The notes under the pieces: model-generated
The model's input: only the letters and a program-made list of their open reading frames with translations
Database searches by the model: none
Told to the model about the DNA's origin: nothing
Translations under genes and position numbers: made by a program
Shown: piece by piece, positions 1 to 8,579 of the stretch
Position numbering within the stretch: position 1 is the first letter of the stretch
Layout of the letters: the number at the start of each line of letters is the position of its first letter
From: Desulfovibrio litoralis DSM 11393
GTDB taxonomy: Bacteria; Desulfobacterota; Desulfovibrionia; Desulfovibrionales; Desulfovibrionaceae
Assembly (NCBI RefSeq): GCF_900143255.1
Contig: NZ_FRDI01000003.1
Location: forward strand, 274,641-298,640
DNA: 24,000 nucleotides
Direction: 5' to 3'

Positions 1-176
1 GCATCATATTCAGTAGCATCTGAATTAATGTTCCTATGTGATAATATATTATAAAGGCGACTAATATGAATACAATTACCTTCTTCATTTTCTAATATTT
101 TATCAACTGATTGTATGAGATCTTTTTTATCCTTATTGTAAGGATCTTTGAGTGATATCACTTTTTTGTCATTCAT
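1..176 (-). CDS. hypothetical protein, N-terminal part only (gene runs off the window start)
   Basis: ATG at 176-174 is preceded by AGGTGA (rc of 182-187) with 5-nt spacing. The frame stays open to position 1 (MNDKKVISLKDPYNKDKKDLIQSVDKILENEEGNCIHISRLYNILSHRNINSDATEYD...). It is absent from the supplied ORF track because it is short and partial. No family recognised. Confidence 0.3.
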   Translation of the reverse strand, partial: MNDKKVISLKDPYNKDKKDLIQSVDKILENEEGNCIHISRLYNILSHRNINSDATEYD

Positions 177-245
177 AGTTATCACCTACAAGGTAAAGAG
201 TTAAAAAATATCCAGACAACCCACTGAAAACAACATTAATCTTCT

Positions 246-896
246 CTACTCTATCGCTTTATAAAACGCCTTTACTCTCTCGCCATAAGGTGGAAAATTG
301 AAAAACGCCGAACCGGAAACCAAAACATCTGCCCCGGCTTCAACCAAGGCTTTGGCATTTGTTAAGTCAACACCGCCGTCTATTTGAATTAAAGTTTTTA
401 AATTTAGCTTATTAATTCTTTCTTTTAACTCACGCACCTTTGCATAAGTATAAGGAATAAACTTTTGACCACCAAACCCGGGGTTAACGCTCATGATCAA
501 AACAAGATCAAGCTCAGGCAAAATATAATCCAAAACATTTAAAGGCGTATGCGGATTTAATGCCACGCCTGCCTGTTTTCCGAGTTTTTTAATTTCTTGA
601 ATCGTGCGGTTTAAGTGATTACCGGCTTCGGCATGAACACAGATCAAATCAGCCCCAGCTTCGGCAAAATCAACTAAAAAACGCTCAGGTCTATCGACCA
701 TTAAATGTACATCAAAAAACAAGTTACTCTCTTTACGCAAGCACTTGATAATTGGGGCTCCCAAAGTAATATTCGGAACAAACTGACCGTCCATTACGTC
801 CCAATGAACCCATTTCAAATCAGCTTTTTCAAGGGCTTTAAGTTCATCAGCCAAATGTCCGTAATCGGAAGACAACAAAGATGGAGAAAGCAACAT
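246..896 (-). CDS. rpe: ribulose-phosphate 3-epimerase
   Basis: Motifs typical of Rpe are present: PSLLSSDYGHL, HWDVMDGQFVPNITLG, MSVNPGFGGQKF, DGGV. I prefer the internal ATG at 896-894 (MLLSPSLL...), which has AAGGA about 9 nt upstream. The track start at 953 adds 19 residues that do not look Rpe-like. Confidence 0.9.
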   Translation of the reverse strand: MLLSPSLLSSDYGHLADELKALEKADLKWVHWDVMDGQFVPNITLGAPIIKCLRKESNLFFDVHLMVDRPERFLVDFAEAGADLICVHAEAGNHLNRTIQEIKKLGKQAGVALNPHTPLNVLDYILPELDLVLIMSVNPGFGGQKFIPYTYAKVRELKERINKLNLKTLIQIDGGVDLTNAKALVEAGADVLVSGSAFFNFPPYGERVKAFYKAIE

Positions 897-993
897 ATTA
901 TAATTCCTTAAAATATATAAATAATTTTCAATCAAAAAACTTAAACAGCCCACTAAAAACTAGGCAATAGTGTAATAGCGATCGTTAACGAAG

Positions 994-1590
994 CTAGTTT
1001 AAGAGTTTTTTTAAGGCAAGTAAATCATTAATCACAGCACTTATCAATTCACGGTCTTGTTGTTGAGAAAGATTTTGTTGGGTCTCATCTTGAGCTTTTT
1101 TTTGAGACTGAGACGGAATATTTAACTCTGGGATAAGTTTTAATTGTTCAAGTTCATTATTATTTCTTGAGAAAGACCCGTCAGTTTTTTGCTCATTATT
1201 AACACCAAAATCTAATTGGCTTTGTTGCAAAAACTTTAACGTTTGTTCCGTTTGTTTTTGTAAACGAACGTAGGCAGGCTCTTCATTTTTTAGAATTTCA
1301 ATATTGTCCGATTTGTTTTTTTCGCTCGTGTTTTTTTCACTTTGTGGTGTTGCCATGTTTTGTTCTTCTACCAAAGCTTTTTTTGCACCTTCAATAGTCA
1401 AACCTTTTTCATGCAGAAGAAATTTAATGCGTTTTAATAATTTTAAGTCTTTTTCAGAGTAAAGGCGTTGCCCTTTGTGTGTGCGTTGCGGAGCCAGCTC
1501 TTTAAATTCCGTTTCCCAAAAGCGTAGGACAAAACTTTTTAAGTTAAGTATTTCAGCGGCTTCACCTATGCGATAAATTTTCATGCTCAT
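994..1590 (-). CDS. MerR-family HTH transcriptional regulator with a long Gln/Glu/Asn-rich C-terminal tail
   Basis: The N-terminus YRIGEAAEILNLKSFVLRFWETEF...RTHKGQRLYSEKDLKLLKRIKFLLHEKGLTIEGAKKAL is a MerR-type winged HTH plus the start of the dimerisation helix. The remaining ~120 aa are low complexity with no recognisable effector domain. The start could be M1 (1590) or M3 (1584). Confidence 0.75.
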   Translation of the reverse strand: MSMKIYRIGEAAEILNLKSFVLRFWETEFKELAPQRTHKGQRLYSEKDLKLLKRIKFLLHEKGLTIEGAKKALVEEQNMATPQSEKNTSEKNKSDNIEILKNEEPAYVRLQKQTEQTLKFLQQSQLDFGVNNEQKTDGSFSRNNNELEQLKLIPELNIPSQSQKKAQDETQQNLSQQQDRELISAVINDLLALKKLLN

Positions 1591-1815
1591 AATATCACTT
1601 AAAAAATATTTTAATAAAATATGTTAAAATGTATTTATAACGAAATATTAGCAAAATAAACAAAATGCTTCAAGTTTTAGTATTTTGTTGTTCAGCTACT
1701 AATTATTTTGTAATCTGTTATTGTTTTGCTTGCATTTAAAGGATTAAGCAATTAAGTTTTTGCTTAATCTTTACCATTCTTAAAAATTTATTTGCACTTT
1801 AGTAGTCAATACTAA

Positions 1816-1844
1816 TTGATTCTCTTAGTTTATACAAATATTAA
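1816..1844 (+). promoter_or_regulatory. candidate sigma-70 promoter for tyrS (TTGATT-17 nt-TATTAA)
   Basis: TTGATT at 1816-1821, a 17-nt spacer and TATTAA at 1839-1844. GAGGA at 1856-1860 and the ATG at 1865 follow. The background is AT-rich, so a chance match is plausible. Confidence 0.3.
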
Positions 1845-1864
1845 AAGATCTTATTGAGGAAAAA

Positions 1865-3082
1865 ATGTTGAATGCCAAATTAAGCACAGAAGAAATCGAC
1901 CTTCAATTGAAACAAATTAAACGCGGTATTGTTGAACTTATCGACGAAGGTGAATTACGCAAAAAAATCGCTCGCAATCAACCTTTAAAAATTAAAGCAG
2001 GGTTTGACCCAACCGCCCCCGACCTCCATTTAGGACATACGGTTTTAATTCACAAATTACGCCACTTTCAAGAACTTGGACACGAAGTTATCTTTTTAAT
2101 CGGCGACTTTACAGGTAGAATCGGCGACCCATCAGGGCGTTCGGAAACTCGCCCGCCTCTCACCGAAGAACAAGTTTTAGCCAACGCAGAAACATATAAA
2201 AGTCAAGTATTTAAAATATTAGACCCGGAAAAAACCAAGGTAATGTTTAACTCTGAATGGTTAAATAAACTCAGCCCCCAAGATTTTATCAAACTTACCT
2301 CTTGTTATACGGTTGCTCGTATGATGGAAAGAGATGATTTTGAAAAACGTTTTAAAAATCAAATACCTATCTCTATTCATGAATTTCTTTATCCTTTGTG
2401 CCAAGGTTATGATTCCGTTGCTTTAAAGGCTGATGTTGAACTTGGCGGAACAGACCAAAAATTTAACTTGTTGGTTGGGCGTTCTCTACAAAGTAGCTAC
2501 GGAATTGAACCACAATGTATCTTAACCGTTCCACTTCTCGAGGGGCTTGACGGAATTAAAAAAATGTCAAAATCATTGGGTAATTATGTTGGAATTACTG
2601 ATCAACCCAATGATATGTTTGGAAAAATAATGTCTATTTCCGACGAGTTAATGTGGCGTTATTTTGAACTGATTTCCACAAAAAGTTTAAGCGAAATTCA
2701 AGCCCTCAAACAAGCCGTGGAAAAAGGCGAAAAGCACCCCAAAACAGTAAAAGAAGATCTCGCTCAAGAAATAACTGCCATGTATCACTCTAAAACCGCC
2801 GCAGAAGAAGCCAGAACTCAGTTCAACGCTGTTTTTAAAACAGGTGGCGTGCCTGACGATGCACCAACTTATACTTGTGAGCATGGCGAAAACTCAATGC
2901 CCCAAGCGTTTTTGGAAGCATCAGGTTTGGTTGACTCTCGTTCAGAAGCCAAAAGATTAATGAAACAAGGGGCTTTAAGTATTGATGGCGTTATTTGTAA
3001 CGACCCGAATACCCCTTTAGTCAGCGGTGAATATATCGTTAAACTTGGAAAAAAACGCTTTTTAAAGTTAACAGTACGCTAG
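1865..3082 (+). CDS. tyrS: tyrosine--tRNA ligase
   Basis: Class I signatures HLGH (PDLHLGHTV) and KMSKS, a TyrRS-type core, and a C-terminal S4-like domain ([15 protein letters not shown]). GAGGA ribosome-binding site upstream. Confidence 0.95.
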   Translation: MLNAKLSTEEIDLQLKQIKRGIVELIDEGELRKKIARNQPLKIKAGFDPTAPDLHLGHTVLIHKLRHFQELGHEVIFLIGDFTGRIGDPSGRSETRPPLTEEQVLANAETYKSQVFKILDPEKTKVMFNSEWLNKLSPQDFIKLTSCYTVARMMERDDFEKRFKNQIPISIHEFLYPLCQGYDSVALKADVELGGTDQKFNLLVGRSLQSSYGIEPQCILTVPLLEGLDGIKKMSKSLGNYVGITDQPNDMFGKIMSISDELMWRYFELISTKSLSEIQALKQAVEKGEKHPKTVKEDLAQEITAMYHSKTAAEEARTQFNAVFKTGGVPDDAPTYTCEHGENSMPQAFLEASGLVDSRSEAKRLMKQGALSIDGVICNDPNTPLVSGEYIVKLGKKRFLKLTVR

Positions 3083-3109
3083 TTTATAATTTGAAATAAT
3101 ACGTTATAA

Positions 3110-3150
3110 AAAGTCAGGGTATTTTCTTAAGTGATAAGTATCCTGACTTT
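3110..3150. terminator. hairpin between convergent tyrS and livF, likely a bidirectional terminator
   Basis: AAAGTCAGGGTA (3110-3121) pairs with TATCCTGACTTT (3139-3150), giving 12 bp with one G-U pair and a 17-nt loop. On the minus strand a U5 run follows the stem (A-run 3108-3112). On the plus strand only UUU follows. Confidence 0.5.
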
Positions 3151-3284
3151 AAATAATTGCAAAACTGCATGTTGCGTTCGTTTGTCAATATGTTACGCTT
3201 TATACATGCAAAGCATAATTCAAGAATTTTTGGAGTGTCTTCATGAAGGGATATTCTTTGAGCTTGTATAATAGTTTCGAATAT

Positions 3285-4010
3285 TTACATACCCAAATAG
3301 GCTTTACGAATATCTTCATTGGCAAGCAATTCTTCGCTTGATGCCGACATAGCTATACGACCGTTTTCAATAACATAACCATAATGCGAAATTTTTAGAG
3401 CTTGGTTGGCGTTTTGTTCGACCAAAAAGACTGTTGTACCTTTTTCGTTAACTCTCATAATAATATCAAAGATTTGTTTAATAACTATCGGAGCCAAACC
3501 CAAAGAAGGTTCATCTAATAACAAAAGCTTTGGACGTGCCATTAACGCCCTTGAGATTGCAAGCATTTGCTGTTCGCCACCCGATAAAGTTCCGCCTTGT
3601 TGATTTTGCCTGCGTCCGATAATCGGAAACATATCAAAAAGATAGTCAAGGTCTTCTTTAATTCCCTGTTTATCGTTGCGTAAATATGCCCCAAGGTCGA
3701 GGTTTTCTTTAACAGTAAGGTCAGGAAAAATCAAACGCCCTTCCGGAACTTGACTAATTCCTAAACGCACTATCTGGTCTGGCTTAAGCGTTTGAATTTC
3801 TTTACCTTCAAAAAGAATTTGCCCGGAATTTATAGGAATTGCACCACAAATAGACATTAAAGTTGTGGTTTTTCCCGCTCCGTTAGCACCAACCAATGAC
3901 ACGATTTTACCTTCTTCAATTTGTAAGCTTACGTCCCACAAGGCTTGAATCTTTCCGTAAAATGTATTGATATTTTTAAGTTGAAGCATGAATTGTTTTA
4001 TCTCCGACAA
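3285..4010 (-). CDS. livF: branched-chain amino acid ABC transporter ATP-binding protein, LivF type
   Basis: Walker A GANGAGKTT, signature LSGGEQQML, Walker B LLLLDEPS, and LVEQNA. The N-terminus (LKNINTFYGKIQALWDVSL) is LivF-like. The start could be 4010 or the ATG at 3989. No permease, binding-protein or livG gene is adjacent. Confidence 0.85.
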   Translation of the reverse strand: MSEIKQFMLQLKNINTFYGKIQALWDVSLQIEEGKIVSLVGANGAGKTTTLMSICGAIPINSGQILFEGKEIQTLKPDQIVRLGISQVPEGRLIFPDLTVKENLDLGAYLRNDKQGIKEDLDYLFDMFPIIGRRQNQQGGTLSGGEQQMLAISRALMARPKLLLLDEPSLGLAPIVIKQIFDIIMRVNEKGTTVFLVEQNANQALKISHYGYVIENGRIAMSASSEELLANEDIRKAYLGM

Positions 4011-4041
4011 AAATTCTTTTAAGAAGCCTTTAGCATCTTAT

Positions 4042-4091
4042 AAAAACTGCACAATAGCAACAATTTTGCATTTTTTGCAACTATTGTGCAG
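4042..4091 (-). terminator. intrinsic terminator downstream of carB
   Basis: CTGCACAATAG (4047-4057) pairs with CTATTGTGCAG (4081-4091), an 11-bp stem with a 23-nt loop. On the minus strand a U5 run follows (A-run 4042-4046). It lies 24 nt after the carB stop and about 32 nt before the livF ATG at 4010. Confidence 0.5.
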
Positions 4092-4114
4092 CTTTTTAAT
4101 ATCTATTGGTGTTA

Positions 4115-7100
4115 TTATATTTTGTGATATTCTTGAATGCTCTTAATATTAAGACCATGTTTTTTAACAAAACGCAAACCAAGAGCCGCTGTTTTTGCAC
4201 CGGACAGAGTCGTAAAATAAGGAACGCCGTATAAAATCGTTGTTTGACGTATGGCTTTTGAATCCTGCACCGTGCTTTTTCCTGAGGCAGTATTAATTAC
4301 CAAGGCAACTTCGTTATTTTTAATACGATCCACTATATTTGGACGACCTTCATAGACCTTAAGCACTTTTGTGCAAGGTATTCCGGCGTTTTCAAATACT
4401 TTTACTGTTCCACTAGTGGCAAGTAGCTCATAACCAAGTTCCGCATAAAGTTTTGCAACATCTAAAACAAAGGCTTTATCTCTATCATTTACAGAAATAA
4501 ATACCCTGCCTTTTTCAGGTAATTTTAACCCGGCTCCGAGTAAAGCCTTAATATAGGCTTCTTCAAAACCTTGTGCAATTCCCATAACTTCACCGGTAGA
4601 ACGCATTTCAGGTCCGAGAATAATATCAACTCCCGGGAAACGTCCAAACGGGAAGACCGCTTCTTTAACCGAAACAAAAGATTTTTTCGGTTGTAAACTT
4701 GATTTAAGCTCGGCTAAACTCTTGCCAAGCATAACCCTCATCGCCAAACCGGCTAAAGGCACATCGCTCGCTTTAGAAACGAAAGGCACAGTACGGCTTG
4801 CACGAGGGTTAACTTCGAGGATATAAATTTGACCGTCTTTAATGGCAAACTGAACGTTCATCATTCCGACAACCCTTAATTCTTCGGCAAGCAACTTAGC
4901 TTGTGCGGCAAGTTCATCGACAATACTTGAGGTCAAGGTATGTGGAGGAAGAACGCAAGCAGAGTCGCCGGAGTGGATTCCGGCTTCTTCGATATGTTCC
5001 ATAATTCCGGCAACATAAGTTTCTTTACCGTTACTTAAGGCATCAACATCTACCTCAATCGCACTTTCCAAGAAATGGTCAATTAAAATCGGGTGTTCCG
5101 GTTTAACTTGTCCTACTGTTTCAACAAAATATGCGTTTAACTCCGCTTCATCGTAAACAACCATCATGGCACGCCCACCAAGCACATAAGAAGGACGTAC
5201 AACCACGGGATAACCGATTTTTTCGGCAATTAACGCGGCTTCTTTAAATGAAAACGCTGTTCCACTGGCAGGTTGGCGTAAACCAAGTTTAGTAATAAGA
5301 GCGACAAAACGTTCACGATCTTCCGCACGGTCAATCGCATCAGGGCTTGAGCCTAAAATATTTACTCCGGCACGGAATAACGGTACGGCAAGGTTCAGCG
5401 GGGTTTGACCGCCAAATTGAACAACCACTCCGTAAGGGTTTTCAAACTCTATGATGTTCATAACATCTTCAAAGGTCAAAGGCTCAAAGTATAAGCGGTC
5501 TGAAGAGTCAAAGTCTGTTGAAACCGTTTCGGGGTTTGAGTTAACCATTATTGAACAAACTCCGAGTTCTTTAAGAACAAAAGAGGCATGACAACAACAG
5601 TAATCAAATTCAATACCTTGTCCAATACGGTTTGGTCCGCCACCTAAAATAATTACTTTTTTCTGATCAGATAAAACCGGACGCTCTTTACCAACATAAC
5701 TTGAGTAAAAATAAGGAGTTCCAACAGTATTTTTTTCGTCTATTTTACCGGCATAAGTACGAACGGGGTAATAAGAAGGCAAGATATTAAAGGCTTTACG
5801 CAAAGAACGAATATCAGCTTCAGGACGCTTCCAGATTTCTGAGAGTTGAGCATCGGAAAAACCAAGTTCTTTAGCTCGTTTAAACAAGACTCCCAACTCT
5901 TCGTTGTCTGAAGTCATTGAATTTGCAAGAGCAAAGCCCTCTAATTTCTGTTCAAAAACAAGAAGCTCTTTAAGCTGTTCCAAAAACCAAGGAGTAATGG
6001 AAGTAATTTCATAAAGCTCTTGAATGCTCATTCCGGAAAGCATGGCAAGACGCAGGTAAAAAATACGCTGAGAATTAGGCACACGCAATTTTGCCAAAAT
6101 TTCTTCTTTTTCTGGCAATTTAGTTTTAAAGATATTAGAAAACCCTGTTGCTTTGACTTCTAAAGAGCGTAAACCTTTTTGCATCGCCTCTTGGAAGCTT
6201 TTACCGATAGACATGATTTCACCAACACTTTTCATAGCAGTAGTCAGTTCATCTTTTGCACCGGGGAATTTTTCAAAGGCAAAACGTGGAATTTTAGCAA
6301 CGATATAATCAATATCTGCCTTATAATCCGCCATTGTTTCACCAAATTTAGCACCGGGAATTTCGCTTAAAGTATAACCCACCGCAAGCTTGGCTGAAAT
6401 ACGGGCAATAGGCACACCGGTCGCTTTAGAAGCAAGAGCAGAAGAACGAGAAACCCTAGGGTTCATCTCAATAACAACAAGCTCACCCGTGGTTTGGTGC
6501 ATGGCGTATTGAATATTTGCACCGCCGCCTTTCATTCCAACGGCACGCATAATATCTTTTGAAGTAGAAATAAGCTTATCTACTTCTTTTTCACTTAAAG
6601 TAAGAGCAGGGGCAACAGTAATGGAATCGCCCGTATGTACGCCCATTGGGTCAAAGTTTTCAATAGTACAAACCACAATGGAAACATCATCACGATCTCT
6701 TATTATCTCTATTTCCAACTCTTTCCAGCCCAAAACAGACTGCTCAAGCAAAATTTCATGACTGATACTTGCCGCTAACCCACGAGCCGCAATTTCTTCC
6801 AAGTCTTCGGAATTATAGGCAATTCCGCCGCCTGCTCCACCAAGGGTAAAGCCCGGACGAACGATAATCGGAAACGGCATCGTAGCCGCTAAACGACGTA
6901 CAGAGTCCATATCGTGAGCAATCTCACTTGCCGGCATGGCTAAGCCGATAGAACGCATACAATCGCCAAAAAGTTCACGGCTTTCGGCACGGCGAATTAC
7001 ATCAATATCAGCCCCAAGCAGCTCAACGTTACACTCTTTTAATACGCCCATCTCGGATAAAGTCAGGGCTGTGTTTAACGCCGTTTGTCCACCTAAAGTC

Positions 7101-7363
7101 GGCAGTAAGGCACAGGGACGTTCTTTGCGGATAATTTCCGCTACTATATTGGGGTCAATAGGTTCAATATAAGTACGATCAGCGAGGTTTGGATCCGTCA
7201 TAATTGTTGCCGGATTTGAGTTAACTAAAACAACCTCATACCCTTCTTCTTTTAGGGCTTTAACCGCTTGAGTTCCCGAATAGTCAAATTCACACCCTTG
7301 TCCGATGACAATAGGTCCTGAACCGATTACCATAATTTTTGAAATATCCGTACGCTTTGGCAT
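4115..7363 (-). CDS. carB: carbamoyl-phosphate synthase large subunit
   Basis: The 1082-aa protein has duplicated ATP-grasp halves and a C-terminal MGS-like domain. It is CarB-like from the N-terminus (MPKRTDISKIMVIGSGPIVIGQGCEFDYSGTQA...) onward. GAGGTGA ribosome-binding site upstream. No carA is adjacent. Confidence 0.97.
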   Translation of the reverse strand: MPKRTDISKIMVIGSGPIVIGQGCEFDYSGTQAVKALKEEGYEVVLVNSNPATIMTDPNLADRTYIEPIDPNIVAEIIRKERPCALLPTLGGQTALNTALTLSEMGVLKECNVELLGADIDVIRRAESRELFGDCMRSIGLAMPASEIAHDMDSVRRLAATMPFPIIVRPGFTLGGAGGGIAYNSEDLEEIAARGLAASISHEILLEQSVLGWKELEIEIIRDRDDVSIVVCTIENFDPMGVHTGDSITVAPALTLSEKEVDKLISTSKDIMRAVGMKGGGANIQYAMHQTTGELVVIEMNPRVSRSSALASKATGVPIARISAKLAVGYTLSEIPGAKFGETMADYKADIDYIVAKIPRFAFEKFPGAKDELTTAMKSVGEIMSIGKSFQEAMQKGLRSLEVKATGFSNIFKTKLPEKEEILAKLRVPNSQRIFYLRLAMLSGMSIQELYEITSITPWFLEQLKELLVFEQKLEGFALANSMTSDNEELGVLFKRAKELGFSDAQLSEIWKRPEADIRSLRKAFNILPSYYPVRTYAGKIDEKNTVGTPYFYSSYVGKERPVLSDQKKVIILGGGPNRIGQGIEFDYCCCHASFVLKELGVCSIMVNSNPETVSTDFDSSDRLYFEPLTFEDVMNIIEFENPYGVVVQFGGQTPLNLAVPLFRAGVNILGSSPDAIDRAEDRERFVALITKLGLRQPASGTAFSFKEAALIAEKIGYPVVVRPSYVLGGRAMMVVYDEAELNAYFVETVGQVKPEHPILIDHFLESAIEVDVDALSNGKETYVAGIMEHIEEAGIHSGDSACVLPPHTLTSSIVDELAAQAKLLAEELRVVGMMNVQFAIKDGQIYILEVNPRASRTVPFVSKASDVPLAGLAMRVMLGKSLAELKSSLQPKKSFVSVKEAVFPFGRFPGVDIILGPEMRSTGEVMGIAQGFEEAYIKALLGAGLKLPEKGRVFISVNDRDKAFVLDVAKLYAELGYELLATSGTVKVFENAGIPCTKVLKVYEGRPNIVDRIKNNEVALVINTASGKSTVQDSKAIRQTTILYGVPYFTTLSGAKTAALGLRFVKKHGLNIKSIQEYHKI

Positions 7364-7393
7364 AAAATCACCTCTTCAGCTAGAAAATTACAT

Positions 7394-7424
7394 AAAAAAA
7401 ACGGTAGACTTTGGCAGTCTACCG
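7394..7424 (-). terminator. textbook intrinsic terminator 30 nt upstream of the carB start codon
   Basis: CGGTAGACT (7402-7410) pairs with AGTCTACCG (7416-7424), a 9-bp stem with a 5-nt loop. On the minus strand a U8 run follows directly (A-run 7394-7401). The carB RBS and ATG (7363) come next. Confidence 0.65.
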
Positions 7425-7521
7425 CTACGAAGATTATACGATTAATTTAAACAATTTAAAATAAATTAAATATTAATTGTAACACTTACAGCATTTGCTG
7501 CCCTTGGTTCAAAACTTCACA

Positions 7522-7551
7522 TTTATACCACAAGACCCCAAAAGCTGACAA
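7522..7551 (-). promoter_or_regulatory. candidate sigma-70 promoter with extended -10, driving the carB leader
   Basis: Minus strand reads TTGTCA (7551-7546), an 18-nt spacer, then TGgTATAAA (7530-7522). The predicted start near G7515 is followed by UUUU. Confidence 0.4.
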
Positions 7552-7649
7552 GGAAAAAATAGCAATAAAATAAAAAAAATATTTTTTCTAAGAAAATCTA
7601 AACGTTACAACAATAAAAAAGAAAAGATAATACAATATATTATAAAAAA

Positions 7650-8570
7650 TCAACTCTCAATATGCTCAACACTATTTTTAAGCTGGTTAAGCTTTTTCTC
7701 CGCCTCTAAAGGGTCTAAACCAAGCCCTTTGGCTATTTGCCCAATATTATCCTCTGCATCTGATGAACGCAGATAAAGAGGTTCAAGGTCTTCGTCTTCT
7801 ACCTTTGCGTTAAACGCTAAATTTAATAAAATATAAGGAGAAGGCAAATTATAATCAGCACTCAACAAAGTTGCATCAGAAAACGCCGTTTGAAAAATTT
7901 CACGGCTTTTTAACAGTGCCGACCCTACAAAATATAAAGGTAGTCCTTTTAAAGAAAGCTTTATTTTTTGAGCTGTTAAAACCGTTTGAATTTTTTCAAC
8001 AGTCTGTTCCGTAGATAAAACCAAGGGAATCTGTTCCGTCAACAAAGTAAGTTTATTGCCAAGTTTTTGAAATATGTTAAGATACACCAAATTTGTACGA
8101 GCCGCACAAACAACCGCCAAAACGCTATTTTCAGGCAAACACTCTTCAAGACTATACGCCAAACAATCTGAAAAAACTAAACCGGAAAGTTTAGCATTTG
8201 TAGAACGCTTTAAAGCAGAGGCAGTAGTAAGCCCGAGGCGTATTCCCGTAAACGAACCCGCACCGCATATTACGCCGATTTTTGTTAGCTCTTGAATATT
8301 TCGCCCTACTTGCTCAAAGGCAAAGCTTAAATTTGGTGCTAATTTTTCCACACCCTGACTGCCACCGGACCAAGTTGAAGTATATAAAAGATTTTGCTTA
8401 AAAGACCCAACACCATTTATATTAACGGGTATATTAACGGGTATATTAACGGGTTGCGTCTCGCCAAGCACAACTTGGATATTACCTTCGACACAATTTA
8501 AAACTAAAATCAATTCATTATTATTCATATCAAAATTATTCATATCAAAGCCGCTTGTTATCATAAACAT
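7650..8570 (-). CDS. tsaB: TsaB (YeaZ)-like tRNA t6A biosynthesis protein with a repeat-containing N-terminus and a C-terminal extension
   Basis: GAGSFTGIRLGLTTASAL matches the TsaB GPGSFTGLRIG motif. LILVLNCVEGNIQVVL resembles the usual ILAIDTS start, and PLYLRSSDAE is close to the usual C-terminus. At 306 aa it is longer than the roughly 230 aa typical of the family. The true start among several ATGs (8570 to about 8528) is unclear, and none has an obvious SD. Confidence 0.7.
   Translation of the reverse strand: MFMITSGFDMNNFDMNNNELILVLNCVEGNIQVVLGETQPVNIPVNIPVNINGVGSFKQNLLYTSTWSGGSQGVEKLAPNLSFAFEQVGRNIQELTKIGVICGAGSFTGIRLGLTTASALKRSTNAKLSGLVFSDCLAYSLEECLPENSVLAVVCAARTNLVYLNIFQKLGNKLTLLTEQIPLVLSTEQTVEKIQTVLTAQKIKLSLKGLPLYFVGSALLKSREIFQTAFSDATLLSADYNLPSPYILLNLAFNAKVEDEDLEPLYLRSSDAEDNIGQIAKGLGLDPLEAEKKLNQLKNSVEHIES
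8418..8453. repeat. 3 perfect tandem copies of the 12-bp unit TATATTAACGGG, in-frame in tsaB (encodes PVNI x3)
   Basis: Read directly: 8418-8429, 8430-8441 and 8442-8453 are identical. Confidence 0.95.
8520..8549. repeat. 2 perfect tandem copies of the 15-bp unit ATTATTCATATCAAA at the 5' end of tsaB (encodes FDMNN x2)
   Basis: Read directly: 8520-8534 equals 8535-8549. Confidence 0.95.
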
Positions 8571-8579
8571 TAAAAGCGA

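Noticed and set aside
897-953. Longer rpe start at 953 (MGCLSFLIENYLYILRNYN...).
   Set aside because: The extra 19 residues do not resemble Rpe N-termini, and the internal ATG at 896 has a proper AAGGA RBS.
1761-1776. Minus-strand TGGTAAAGATTAAGCA upstream of the MerR gene, with correct GG/GC spacing for sigma-54.
   Set aside because: The -12 element is AAGCA rather than TTGCA, and the -24 flank is poor. It would give a ~160-nt leader and it overlaps an unrelated inverted repeat. It is too weak to call without data.
3243-3341. 32-aa plus-strand ORF (MKGYSLSLYNSFEYLHTQIGF...) with a GGAG 7 nt upstream, in and overlapping the livF 3' end.
   Set aside because: It is very short, antisense to the livF C-terminus, and has no conserved features. 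It is probably fortuitous.
7491-7506. Sigma-54-like sequence in the carB leader on the minus strand (AGGGCAGCAAATGC).
   Set aside because: The GG-to-GC spacing is one nucleotide short of the canonical -24/-12 distance, which sigma-54 does not tolerate. It also lacks TTGC.
7500-7520. GGTTCAAAA resembling a tRNA T-loop in the tsaB-carB spacer.
   Set aside because: There is no complementary T-stem, acceptor stem or anticodon arm around it, so it is not a tRNA.
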